A stretch of 64,000 nt of DNA from an uncultured Ectothiorhodospiraceae bacterium (GCA_947258515.1 CAMYIO010000033.1:609-64608); one strand, 5' to 3'; positions 41,065-50,463 are shown, counted from the stretch's first letter. Numbers and translations are program-made. Notes: generated by a model from the sequence alone, not told the origin.

Positions 41065-41339
41065 TGCGTACAACGTTCCACAGGCTGTTGCCTGCCATAC
41101 TGCTGAGCACGGCCTTGCAGGCACACGCCGAGGACACACTGACGCTCGATGGTGCCACCATTGTCGGTAACCGTGAATTACCCAAGGCACTGCACATCGT
41201 GCCCTGGAAATCGGCTGAAGCCGGTGAACTGGCCGGCCGTCCCATGAACAGCCTGGTCGATGAAATCCTCGCACCCGTAGACCGTGACGTGTTCCTCAGG
41301 GAACTCGAGTACTACGAAGCAGTTCACGGTATTGAATGA
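41061..41339 (+). CDS. Small exported protein (GltF-like)
   Basis: Signal peptide; IVGNRELPKALHIVPWK; PVDRDVF; ATGA overlap with the upstream gene. Confidence 0.7.
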   Translation: MMRTTFHRLLPAILLSTALQAHAEDTLTLDGATIVGNRELPKALHIVPWKSAEAGELAGRPMNSLVDEILAPVDRDVFLRELEYYEAVHGIE

Positions 41340-41422
41340 ACACATCAGTAATCTTTACCCGGTAGTTTTGAAAATCCCGGACTGAGAGCTGGTTTTGCCA
41401 CTGCTAAGGTTTTGGCTAAATC

Positions 41423-41474
41423 CTGCAGGAGCGCCGTCCCCGGCGCGAATCGCGGCGAGACGCCGCTCCTGCAG
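41423..41474. repeat. REP doublet, compact variant
   Basis: CTGCAGGAGCGCCGTCCCCGGCGCGAATCGCGGCGAGACGCCGCTCCTGCAG. Confidence 0.8.
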
Positions 41475-41572
41475 TAAGCTTTTATACAATGCCGGATTGT
41501 TCCAACATCGCATACAGCGTGAAAGACGAGCACCACCAGATATATTCTAGACACGATAAACAGGAGCAGCCT

Positions 41573-42198
41573 ATGGACGCTTACACCACCATTGTCGGAT
41601 TCTTCCAGTCCGGCGGCTTATTCATGTACCCGATAGTGCTGATGAGCGCTACATCTATCTCAGCATGGCCAGGACCAGCAATCACCGCATCTGGAAAAAA
41701 CTCCAGCCACTGTTGCAAAAGGGCGATTATCTGCAGGTTGCCATGGTCACCGAGAAGTCCCGTTCCGCCATCAGCCACATCTTCAGTTACGGTCTCAACC
41801 GCGCACGCACCTCGCGCCGCCGCGATGATGTCGAGATCGCCATGGAGGAGGGCCTGATGGAGACCGTACCCAACCTTGAAAAACGCACCCCCTACCTGGC
41901 CACCTTTGCCAATATCGCGACCCTGCTGGGGTTGCTGGGGACCATTATCGGCCTGATCCAGGCGTTTACCGCCGTTGCCGCCGCAAACCCTGCCGAGAAG
42001 GCCGACATGCTGTCCGCAAGTATCTCGGTCGCCATGAACACCACGGCCTTCGGCCTGATGGTCGCCATCCCGTTGCTGCTGATATACGCCGTGCTGCAGA
42101 CCAAGACCACGCAACTGGTCGACAGTCTCGAAATGGCCTCGGTGAAGTTCCTGAACCTGTTAACTGAACGGCCGCTCGGCGAGGCCAAGGCCGGATGA
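41573..42198 (+). pseudogene. MotA/TolQ/ExbB proton channel (AglR-like), frameshifted by short deletion near 41643
   Basis: FFQSGGLFMYPIVL, then a frame change to ERYIYL; ATLLGLLGTIIGLI, ISVAMNTTAFGL; most of TM1 is missing. Confidence 0.85.
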
Positions 42199-42719
42199 GA
42201 CGCCGCCTGCGTCGCCGCGCCGGGCAGCACGAACCGGCCGACATCAATATCACTGCCTTCATGAACCTGATGGTGATCCTGGTGCCGTTCCTGCTCATCA
42301 CGGCGGTGTTCTCGCGCATCACTATACTGGAACTGAATCTGCCGGCCGCGAGCGCCGGCCAGGCCGACAGCGAGCACGCCTTCCAGCTGGAGATCATCGT
42401 GCGTGCTGACATGATCGAGGTAGGCGACCGCAACGGCGGCCTGATCAGGCGCATCCCCGCAAACGAGGCAGGGCAAGACTACCGGCAATTATCGGAGCTG
42501 TTACAACAGGTGAAGGCTCGCTTCCCCGAGAAGCTCGACGCCATGCTGTTGCTGGAGGCCGACATTTCCTACGACACCGTGGTACAGGCCATGGACAGCA
42601 TCCGCGTGGCGCCGGTTGTGCAGGCCGGCACGTTACAGCTGGCCGAACTGTTTCCGGAAATCGCCATTGGCGATGCACCTGCTGACAACAGCAAAGTCGC
42701 CAGCAACAAGGGTCCGTAA
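42195..42719 (+). CDS. ExbD/TolR-family protein 1
   Basis: INITAFMNLMVILVPFLL TM helix; ISYDTVVQAMD. Confidence 0.88.
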   Translation: MRRRLRRRAGQHEPADINITAFMNLMVILVPFLLITAVFSRITILELNLPAASAGQADSEHAFQLEIIVRADMIEVGDRNGGLIRRIPANEAGQDYRQLSELLQQVKARFPEKLDAMLLLEADISYDTVVQAMDSIRVAPVVQAGTLQLAELFPEIAIGDAPADNSKVASNKGP

Positions 42720-42721
42720 TC

Positions 42722-43228
42722 ATGATCCATTCGCGTCGTGCAGATCGTATGAATCGTCACCACAAACGGGCCGGCCGCAACACCGGCATCAACCTGGTGT
42801 CGCTGATGGACATTTTCACCATCCTGGTGTTCTTCCTGCTGGTGAACTCATCCGACGGTGAGGTACTGCCAACACAAAAGTCCGTGAAACTGCCCGAGTC
42901 GGTCGCCGAAGAACAGCCTCGCATGGCGCTGGTCGTCATGATCAATGAAACTGATATCATGATTCATGGCAAGGTCATCACCAGCACAGAAGCTGTGCTG
43001 AACGCAGATGCTGGCGCCACAGACCTGCTGAGAACAGCCCTGCAGGCTGAACTCGGGAAATCCGCGCAGCAGGATAAAAACGGCAAGCCCGTCAAACACG
43101 AGGCCACCATTATGGGTGACCGCGATATCCCCTACAGGATTCTGAAACAGGTGATGGCGAGCTGCACCGAAGCGGGGTTTGCGCGCATTTCACTGGCGGT
43201 ATTGCAAAAGCCACTGCAGGAGAGCTAA
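42722..43228 (+). CDS. ExbD/TolR-family protein 2
   Basis: INLVSLMDIFTILVFFLL TM helix; GDRDIPYRILKQVMASC. Confidence 0.88.
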   Translation: MIHSRRADRMNRHHKRAGRNTGINLVSLMDIFTILVFFLLVNSSDGEVLPTQKSVKLPESVAEEQPRMALVVMINETDIMIHGKVITSTEAVLNADAGATDLLRTALQAELGKSAQQDKNGKPVKHEATIMGDRDIPYRILKQVMASCTEAGFARISLAVLQKPLQES

Positions 43229-43231
43229 GCC

Positions 43232-44242
43232 ATGACGAGCTACAGTCACGCGCTCACCATGCCATGGACCTATAGCGCCGAAAGCGATGACCGCTATCAG
43301 CGTATCCTGCGTATCAATCTGGTGTTGTGCCTGTTGTTCGGCATTGCCATGCCGTTTCTGCCGCTGTCAGAGAGGGACGAGCCGATAATTGAAGAACCAC
43401 CGCGCCTTGCGACCCTGATCCTTGAAGTAAAACCGGTTCCGCCACCACCCAAACCGAAACCGGTCCCGAAACCACTGCCGAAAAAGGTCACCCAGCCGGA
43501 ACCAAAGCCCGTACCGAAGAAGGCCGTGGCGCCGAAAAAGACCGTGACGCCTGCAAAGCCGGTACCGAAGGTTGCCAAGGCAGCCCCGGTAAAACCCGTG
43601 CAGGCGAAGCCGGTACCGGTAAAGCCCAGGGTTACGGCACGGCAAAAGGCCGAGAAGTCCGGCCTGCTGGCGCTAACAGACAGCCTTGCTGACATGCGCC
43701 AGGGCACCAGTAGCAGTAACCTGCGTAAAACAAACCAACTGTCACAGAACGGCGGGCAGGCCCGCACCACCGAGCGTGCGCTACTGACCAGCGGCACCAC
43801 CCGTTCCAGCGGCGGCATCCAGACCGCCAGCCTGAGCCGCAATACCGGCGGCGGTGAACTGGCAACACGTTCCACCACACAGGTACAGAGTCCGGGAGGC
43901 ACTACCGCCAGCGGTGGTACAGTGGGCAACAGTGACAGGGGAACACGCAGCGCCGGGCGCAGCATCGAAGAGATCCAGATGGTTTTCGACCGCAACAAGG
44001 GGGCCATCTACAGTGTCTACAACCGTGCCCTCAGGAAGGACCCGACCCTGCAGGGTAAAGTCGTTCTGCAACTCACCATCGCCCCGTCCGGCAAGGTGAC
44101 CCGCTGTGAACTGGTCTCCAGTGAACTGCACGATGCCACCCTCGGCCAAAAGATTACGCAACGCGTCAAGCTCTTCAATTTCGAATCCAAAGACGTCAGC
44201 GAAATCACCATCACCTATCCCATCGATTTCCTGCCCGCCTGA
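43232..44242 (+). CDS. TonB-like protein with AgmX/PglI-type C-terminal domain (GltG-like)
   Basis: TM anchor, Pro/Lys-rich linker, RSIEEIQMVF...YNRALRKDPTLQGKV...YPIDFLP. Confidence 0.85.
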   Translation: MTSYSHALTMPWTYSAESDDRYQRILRINLVLCLLFGIAMPFLPLSERDEPIIEEPPRLATLILEVKPVPPPPKPKPVPKPLPKKVTQPEPKPVPKKAVAPKKTVTPAKPVPKVAKAAPVKPVQAKPVPVKPRVTARQKAEKSGLLALTDSLADMRQGTSSSNLRKTNQLSQNGGQARTTERALLTSGTTRSSGGIQTASLSRNTGGGELATRSTTQVQSPGGTTASGGTVGNSDRGTRSAGRSIEEIQMVFDRNKGAIYSVYNRALRKDPTLQGKVVLQLTIAPSGKVTRCELVSSELHDATLGQKITQRVKLFNFESKDVSEITITYPIDFLPA

Positions 44243-44507
44243 TCCCGATTCCCGGGCCGCACATGCCTTTGTCCGTTGTTGCCGCTATACTGCGCGCAGA
44301 CACTGGCAAGAGTAGCTTTGACGAATGGTCGAAAGATCGAGGCCGTGAAGATATTGCGTCGCGACAGGATTCATTGATAGCACAAAAGCAGACATAGTGG
44401 AGTAGTGCTCCTGCATAAATTATCGCACGAGCTGACTCGGGAAAGTATTGTGGCGCTTGTCGTTGTACTTCCCGATCGCTCAGCTCGACTATAATGATAT
44501 GTACGCC

Positions 44508-44855
44508 ATGAATAAACTAATGACAACCCTGTACTTTGCCTTTACCTTGTTGATTCCGCAGGCGTCAGCCGAAATGATTGAGCGTGTTGATCAAAATGGA
44601 GTGATCTATTTTACATCAGGCCAGGCTGCACATGAGGTCATTATGTACGGCGTAACAAACTGCGGCTATTGCCGAAAAGCACGCCAGTATTTTTCGAAAC
44701 ACGGTATCGACTATGTAGAATACAATATCAACAAGTCTTCAAAGCGCTTGAAAGAATTCAGACGCATGGGAGGACGCGGCACACCGCTGATCCTGATTGA
44801 TGGCAGAAAAATACAGGGTTTCAACACGCGCGCCATCGAAGCGGCATTGAAATAG
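44508..44855 (+). CDS. Exported glutaredoxin-like protein
   Basis: Signal peptide, VDQNGVIYF (DUF4124-like), CGYC, GGRGTP. Confidence 0.8.
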   Translation: MNKLMTTLYFAFTLLIPQASAEMIERVDQNGVIYFTSGQAAHEVIMYGVTNCGYCRKARQYFSKHGIDYVEYNINKSSKRLKEFRRMGGRGTPLILIDGRKIQGFNTRAIEAALK

Positions 44856-44864
44856 TACTCAACC

Positions 44865-45305
44865 ATGAATAATGAAAACAACAGTATTGTCTCGCAACTA
44901 CGGCGCAATGCGGTCGCGTTAATCAGTCTCGTGATCGCCGTCAGCAGCCTGAGTTACAATACCTGGCGTAATGAAAAAACAGAAGACAATCGTAACCAGC
45001 GTTTTGCTGCATTTGAAATTCTCCTGAAGCTGGGCGAGTTGCAGCAGGTTGTCTTCCATCATCACTACGACAAGGACAAGGCAGACAAAGGAAACCCCCG
45101 TACCGGCTGGAGCTACGTCCTGACAGTACGTGATTTATCCCGGGTATTGCACCCGCCATTACCCGACACAGCTGATAAATTGCTCACTGTATGGAGCGAA
45201 AACTGGGAAGGGCTGGACAAAAACATCACGAATGTTGACTCGATTTTGGCTGGCATAGACGAGATGCGTGGCGAAACACTGCAATTACTCGACTCGCTTG
45301 AATGA
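44865..45305 (+). CDS. Hypothetical membrane-anchored protein
   Basis: 146-aa ORF with one TM helix (ALISLVIAVSSL). Confidence 0.7.
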   Translation: MNNENNSIVSQLRRNAVALISLVIAVSSLSYNTWRNEKTEDNRNQRFAAFEILLKLGELQQVVFHHHYDKDKADKGNPRTGWSYVLTVRDLSRVLHPPLPDTADKLLTVWSENWEGLDKNITNVDSILAGIDEMRGETLQLLDSLE

Positions 45306-45377
45306 TATTCATGCACGAATATTCCGTTACACTGCGCGCCGATGCATTATGGCAGCTGCATACAAGGAGAGAATAGA

Positions 45378-45791
45378 ATGTTGAAACGCCCGTTTATAGC
45401 TGTCGTGGTAATTTTCATAGCCTGGTCGCTGCTCGATTTTGTGATCCATGGCCTGCTCTTGCAGGAGACATACGAAGCAACAGCCAGTCTGTGGCGTCCC
45501 ATGGAAGAGATGAACATGACGCTCATGTACATCGTCACGCTGGCATACACTGTCTGCTTCGTTGCGATTTATGATGTCTTCGTCAGTCAGAAATCTGTTT
45601 CAACCGGTATAAAATACGGCGCGCTGTTCGGTTTAGCGGCCGGCATATCAATGGGCTTCGGTTCCTACACGTTCATGCCAATACCCTGGTCTCTGGCATT
45701 AAGCTGGTTTACAGGAACACTGGTTGAATCAATCGTGGCAGGCGCACTGGCTGGTGCCATCATAAAACAGTCGGATAACCGACCCCTATGA
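45378..45791 (+). CDS. Four-TM membrane protein of unknown function
   Basis: AAGGAG RBS; four hydrophobic helices. Confidence 0.75.
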   Translation: MLKRPFIAVVVIFIAWSLLDFVIHGLLLQETYEATASLWRPMEEMNMTLMYIVTLAYTVCFVAIYDVFVSQKSVSTGIKYGALFGLAAGISMGFGSYTFMPIPWSLALSWFTGTLVESIVAGALAGAIIKQSDNRPL

Positions 45792-46090
45792 ATCGTCGGC
45801 ATGGCAGGTCAATCATGCCCACACGATCTATCTGTGCCTTTCTGTTTGTATCACTGCCGTTTTCAATGACTGCCTGTGCCTGGATGCAGCAGCCCGATAA
45901 TCCTGAAGATACCGGCCTGAGCCTGCAAACAACAGAATTCGATGGCCTGGAACGCAGCTATTATTTGCATTTGCCACCCGACTATAACGCCGCTTCCAGG
46001 CTGCCTGTTGTGTTCGTGCTTCATGGCGGCGGCAAGGCAGACGGCGACGAGGTAGCCAGCAGAACGGGGGCGGATCACCGGGATGCCTGA
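45788..46090 (+). pseudogene. Truncated PHB-depolymerase/LpqP-like esterase
   Basis: DGLERSYYLHLP...LPVVFVLHGGG, then a stop about 20 codons later; no nucleophile elbow. Confidence 0.7.
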
Positions 46091-46199
46091 TACCCTGCAG
46101 GACAACACACCCCGATAAAATTACGTGAGGTTTATCGTTGGGTATGGCCGTGTATCCTGGTAATTCCAGTCAAACTGTATTAGTGACAAAGGCTTCATT

Positions 46200-46742
46200 G
46201 TGCGAAAAATGTCCGTCATCGTTGTTATTATTGCCAGCGTTCTGGGTTATGGATACTGGCATTCATTGACCCATGCTGCTTTTCATGTACAGCTGGATTT
46301 CAAGGATCATGACAATGGAACAGAGGAAATCCTTCCAAGGGTCGGGATTGATTTTCTGGACACGGAGGGACGTGTGTTAGCTCAGGGTGTAAGCGACGAA
46401 CACTATAACTATGTGCATCTGATACACCCGGAAGTCGGTGACTGCCGTCAGGCAGAAGAGTCCGCCCCATTTTCAGGCGAAGGCAGAAATGCCTGGCAGA
46501 CATGTTTTGAACACCTGTCTACCTGGATAGCCACCTGGGCCGGCAAGGTTAGCCGGGTAAACGTGAATACTGACCGTTGTACCCGGAGAAATCTCCCCGT
46601 GACCGTTTCAGAAAGTAATTCCGACTGGTTTCTCTGGTGGGTCCCTCACCCCCATATAGGTGGAAATCCGTACAAGTATTATAGTTTATCGATCACAGTC
46701 GATGAAAAAGATTGCGCCAACCAGGTAATGACGCCTGATTGA
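46200..46742 (+). CDS. Hypothetical exported protein
   Basis: 180-aa ORF with N-terminal hydrophobic segment and four Cys. Confidence 0.6.
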   Translation: MRKMSVIVVIIASVLGYGYWHSLTHAAFHVQLDFKDHDNGTEEILPRVGIDFLDTEGRVLAQGVSDEHYNYVHLIHPEVGDCRQAEESAPFSGEGRNAWQTCFEHLSTWIATWAGKVSRVNVNTDRCTRRNLPVTVSESNSDWFLWWVPHPHIGGNPYKYYSLSITVDEKDCANQVMTPD

Positions 46743-46782
46743 TACATTCGAATGCAAGCAGGATTGGGCTATTTAAAAGAAC

Positions 46783-47019
46783 ATGGCAGATAAACTGCAT
46801 AATGCTGGCATCGCACTCGCGATTTTCCTGATTTCTTTGCCCCTCGCCATATTCGTCACGATCTTGTTACTACCATTATGGAAGTGGCTCGAATCAACGT
46901 TTAAAATCGAGTCCATTGGTCACTCGGGTCCGTCGGAGTGGTGTTATTGGACGAGCTACTTCATTATTGTGAGCTGTTTTTGTTTAATCTGGTGGAAAAA
47001 ACGACGCACCGGTACCTGA
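46783..47019 (+). CDS. Small two-TM membrane protein
   Basis: Two hydrophobic helices flanking ESIGHSGPSEWC. Confidence 0.6.
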   Translation: MADKLHNAGIALAIFLISLPLAIFVTILLLPLWKWLESTFKIESIGHSGPSEWCYWTSYFIIVSCFCLIWWKKRRTGT

Positions 47020-47070
47020 TAGCGTCATTGATGGCATACTACGCAAACCCGATTCAGGGGACTGGTTAAC

Positions 47071-47388
47071 ATGGCATGGATCTATCTTATTCTCGCAGGA
47101 CTGTTTGAAATTGGCTGGCCGGTAGGCCTGAAAATGGCACAAGTGCCTGAGTCCCGGATATCAGGTGTCATTATTGCCGTTGCCTGCATGGGCATCAGCG
47201 GGTTATTACTGTGGCTCGCCCAGAAACAGATTCCGCTCGGCACCTCGTACGCAGTGTGGACGGGTATCGGTGCGGCCGGCACCTTCCTGGTGGGCATCAT
47301 GTTCTATGGCGATGCCGCCAGCCTCGGCAGATACCTCGGCATCATCCTGATCATTGGCGGCGTTGTGACACTGAAACTGGCCCACTGA
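47071..47388 (+). CDS. SMR-family efflux transporter (SugE/Gdx-like)
   Basis: WIYLILAGLFEIGW, PLGTSYAVWTGIGA; 105 aa, four TM. Confidence 0.9.
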   Translation: MAWIYLILAGLFEIGWPVGLKMAQVPESRISGVIIAVACMGISGLLLWLAQKQIPLGTSYAVWTGIGAAGTFLVGIMFYGDAASLGRYLGIILIIGGVVTLKLAH

Positions 47389-47422
47389 AATCGTCCGCCA
47401 TTCATGCACGCATAACCCCAAG

Positions 47423-47935
47423 ATGATCAAGTGGATTGAACACCTCAACAACAGCGTACTGCATCACCATGGCACCCGCCTGATTGGTGGGTTCCCTGAA
47501 CCTTTCTACAAGGCAGCGGAAATCGGCTCACTGGCCGAGGTACAATTTACCCGCGACTACGAACGCAGCGCCCTGCACGAACTGGGACACTGGTGTATCG
47601 CCGGTAAACAGCGGCGACTCATGAACGACTACGGTTACTGGTATGTACCGGACGGCCGTTCTGACAAGCAGCAACGCCTTTTCTATACGGTAGAAGCCAA
47701 ACCGCAGGCCGTGGAAAAACATTTCTGTGCAGCACTGGAACTGGCTTTCGAGGTCAGTGCTGATAACCTCGGCAATTATTCCCGCGCCGACATGGATGCA
47801 TTCAGTGACCGCGTCGAAGAACAGTACAGGTCCTACCAGAGAACAGGCTTTCCAGCACGGGCCACTGACATATTCGAGTGCCTGCGGCAGTGGCATTCTG
47901 AAACCCGGAGCAGGGCGGTGACCAACCCATTATGA
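47423..47935 (+). CDS. epmC: Elongation factor P hydroxylase-like protein
   Basis: EPFY, SALHELGHWCIAG..RR...DYGYWY.PDGR, EAKPQAVE. Confidence 0.8.
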   Translation: MIKWIEHLNNSVLHHHGTRLIGGFPEPFYKAAEIGSLAEVQFTRDYERSALHELGHWCIAGKQRRLMNDYGYWYVPDGRSDKQQRLFYTVEAKPQAVEKHFCAALELAFEVSADNLGNYSRADMDAFSDRVEEQYRSYQRTGFPARATDIFECLRQWHSETRSRAVTNPL

Positions 47936-48966
47936 AACTCACCAAAGCCAGCCTCGATAGCGCAGTAAACGAAGGCATCCTGGACAAGCAGCAGGCAGAG
48001 GCCCTGTACACCTTCCTGGGCGCGCAACCCGATTCGGGGCCGGCATTCAGCTTCACCAATATCCTTTATTATTTTGGCGGCCTCATTGCCATTGGTGCCA
48101 TGACGCTGTTCATGAACCTCGGCTGGGAACAGTTCGGCGGCTGGGGCATACTGTTTATCGCTATCCTCTATGCCGGCATCGGTCTGCTGCTGACAGGTCA
48201 TTTTCAGCGGGGAGGGCACGCGGTTCCCGCCGGCATCTGCGCCACCTTTGTGATCGCGATGGCACCGCTGGGTATCTACGGTTTACAACAGGGCATGGGC
48301 TGGTGGCCGGACGATACCGTTTACCGGGACTACCACCATTACATCAAGTGGCACTGGATCTACCTTGAGCTGGGCACACTGGCAATCGGTGCGGTCATGG
48401 CCTGGCGCTACCGCTACCCGTTCATGATCATGCCGGTCGCCGTGACGCTCTGGTACATGTCGATGGATGTCGCCGCCATGCTAACCGGGGGGGAGGCCGA
48501 TTATCTATTCCGCGCCTTTGTCTCCCTGTGGTTCGGCATACTGATGATACTGCTCGCCTTCTGGATCGACATCCGCTCGCGCAAATCCGGACAGGATTAC
48601 GCTTTCTGGCTTTACCTGTTCGGGGTCATAGCTTTCTGGTGCGGCCTGTCACTGCAGCACTCCGACAGCGAACTTTCAAGGTTTATTTATTTCTGTGTCA
48701 ACCTCGGTCTTATTCTTGCCGGTGCGATTCTGGTACGCAGGGTATTTGTCATATTCGGGGCGCTGGGCAGTGCCGTTTACATTGGGCACCTGGCCTCAAC
48801 TATTTTCCAGGACAGCTGGTTGTTTCCCATTGCACTCACCGCCATCGGCCTGGGTATTATTTATCTCGGCCTGTTCTGGCAACGCAACGAAGCCTTGATT
48901 ACACAGAAGACCAGGGCATTATTACCCGCGGCCCTGCGGGAACTGCTCGCGGAAAGGGCATCGTAA
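47932..48966 (+). CDS. Polytopic membrane protein (DUF2157-like)
   Basis: EGILDKQQAEAL N-terminus followed by about ten TM helices. Confidence 0.75.
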   Translation: MKLTKASLDSAVNEGILDKQQAEALYTFLGAQPDSGPAFSFTNILYYFGGLIAIGAMTLFMNLGWEQFGGWGILFIAILYAGIGLLLTGHFQRGGHAVPAGICATFVIAMAPLGIYGLQQGMGWWPDDTVYRDYHHYIKWHWIYLELGTLAIGAVMAWRYRYPFMIMPVAVTLWYMSMDVAAMLTGGEADYLFRAFVSLWFGILMILLAFWIDIRSRKSGQDYAFWLYLFGVIAFWCGLSLQHSDSELSRFIYFCVNLGLILAGAILVRRVFVIFGALGSAVYIGHLASTIFQDSWLFPIALTAIGLGIIYLGLFWQRNEALITQKTRALLPAALRELLAERAS

Positions 48967-48978
48967 GAACCAGCATAC

Positions 48979-49617
48979 ATGGAAGAGGGCGTCATAAAAT
49001 TCAGGCTGCAGTTTTCCGAGGCAGGGCCCGTGGATATGGAGCCACTCGCAGAACTCAACAGGTGGCGAACCGTCCTCTGGCAACAGGCGCTCATCGGACA
49101 GGACCCGGCACGGTATGAGGGCTTTGGCTTTGGAAACGTGAGTCAACGCACCGGGGCCGACAATGCAGCATGCGGCAAACGTTGTTTCATCATCAGCGGC
49201 ACCCAGACCGGCCATCTGTCTGAACTGGATAGCAACCACTACACACTGGTTAAGTCATACGATGCCGCCAGTAACGCAGTGAGTGCGGCAGGCCCCATCA
49301 AACCCTCATCCGAGTCCCTGACGCATGGCATGATCTATGATCTCGATGATGAGATACGCATCGTCCTGCATGTCCATTCACCGGACATCTGGCTTGCAGC
49401 CGACCGCCTCGACATACCCGTTACGGATAGTACCGTAGCATATGGCACACCGCAGATGGCGACAGAGGTGCAGCGCCTGTTTAACGAAACTGACGTCCGG
49501 GAGCATAAAATATTTTCCATGGGCGGACACGAGGATGGGGTTATATCCTTTGGAACAAGCGCAGAGGAGGCCGGTAAGATCCTGTTACGCACACTGGATG
49601 CCAGCCGGAAACACTGA
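48979..49617 (+). CDS. Class II aldolase/adducin family protein
   Basis: GNVSQR, PSSESLTH, LHVHS, GHEDG. Confidence 0.85.
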   Translation: MEEGVIKFRLQFSEAGPVDMEPLAELNRWRTVLWQQALIGQDPARYEGFGFGNVSQRTGADNAACGKRCFIISGTQTGHLSELDSNHYTLVKSYDAASNAVSAAGPIKPSSESLTHGMIYDLDDEIRIVLHVHSPDIWLAADRLDIPVTDSTVAYGTPQMATEVQRLFNETDVREHKIFSMGGHEDGVISFGTSAEEAGKILLRTLDASRKH

Positions 49618-49650
49618 TCCTTGTTTCCCTAATAATCAACGAGGTCACCA

Positions 49651-50277
49651 ATGACAAAACCTGTTATCAGTTGCTCTAAAAACGGCCCCGTGATTGTCAA
49701 AGGGCTGGAGAACTTCATCGACAGCGACGGCCATCGACTGGATACGAAACCCGCGATGGGGCTCTGCCGTTGTGGCAACTCACTGAACAAACCTTATTGC
49801 GATGGCAACCACAAGTACACCGGCTTTACTGATGAAGTCTCACCGGACCGTACCGAAGACAAGGCAACACGCTACGAAGGCAGGGAGATCACCATTGTGA
49901 ATAATCCGCTGTTGTGTTCTGTAGCGGAACACTGCCACAGGGAACTGGAAAGCGTGTTCAACATGCACAATGATCCCTGGATAGAACCTGACGGCGACAC
50001 ACTGGAGCGTGTCAAGGCAGTCATCGAAAAATGTCCATCCGGCGCATTGTCATATTCGATCAATGGACAGCCGCAATCCGTCAGTGATTGCGAAGCAGCC
50101 ATTACGATTGAAAAAAACGGACCCTTGCGCATCACCGGCGGAATCGAATTGCAGGATGCACACTGGGGACAGGGTGCTTCACAGGAACATTACACACTGT
50201 GTCGCTGCGGTGCATCAAAGAACAAACCGTTTTGCGACGGCTCACATGCCGCAGTCAACTTTGACGACAGTAAATAA
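49651..50277 (+). CDS. CDGSH iron-sulfur domain protein (two CDGSH domains flanking a ferredoxin-like domain)
   Basis: LCRCG.S.NKPYCDGNH, CPSGALS, LCRCGASKNKPFCDGSH. Confidence 0.92.
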   Translation: MTKPVISCSKNGPVIVKGLENFIDSDGHRLDTKPAMGLCRCGNSLNKPYCDGNHKYTGFTDEVSPDRTEDKATRYEGREITIVNNPLLCSVAEHCHRELESVFNMHNDPWIEPDGDTLERVKAVIEKCPSGALSYSINGQPQSVSDCEAAITIEKNGPLRITGGIELQDAHWGQGASQEHYTLCRCGASKNKPFCDGSHAAVNFDDSK

Positions 50278-50418
50278 TCTGTAGCGTGCGCCGTGCACAC
50301 CGAAATAATGTGTTCGGCAGCGCGAATTACGTGTGATTAGCCCAAATCCCTTAAACCCTCAGAATGCTGTCAGACAGGGGCCTGCAGGGCGGAAAGTGGA
50401 AATATGGAAAAATATGCT

Positions 50419-50446
50419 ATTTAACATAATATACATTATACGCATT
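50419..50446 (-). other. dif: dif site (XerC/XerD chromosome dimer resolution)
   Basis: Minus strand AATGCGTATAA-TGTATA-TTATGTTAAAT versus E. coli GGTGCGCATAA-TGTATA-TTATGTTAAAT; XerD arm and spacer identical; intergenic. Confidence 0.92.
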
Positions 50447-50463
50447 AATATACGCGCCGGATT

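Noticed and set aside
43297-44007. Long antisense ORFs (also 14228-14998, 56986-57870, 20386-20763)
   Set aside because: Shadow frames of well-supported genes in GC-rich or repetitive DNA; no recognisable motifs
35629-44242. Proof of gliding motility, or a canonical Tol-Pal/TonB uptake system
   Set aside because: No tolB, pal or TonB-dependent receptor, and no cytoplasmic gliding components; homology to the Agl-Glt core does not establish motility
47020-47070. Guanidine riboswitch upstream of the SugE/Gdx-like gene
   Set aside because: The spacer is only about 50 nt and lacks twin ACGR hairpins or other guanidine aptamer motifs
44508-50277. Integron cassette array
   Set aside because: No attC-like RYYYAAC...GTTRRRY structures or integrase recognised; some genes overlap or nearly abut
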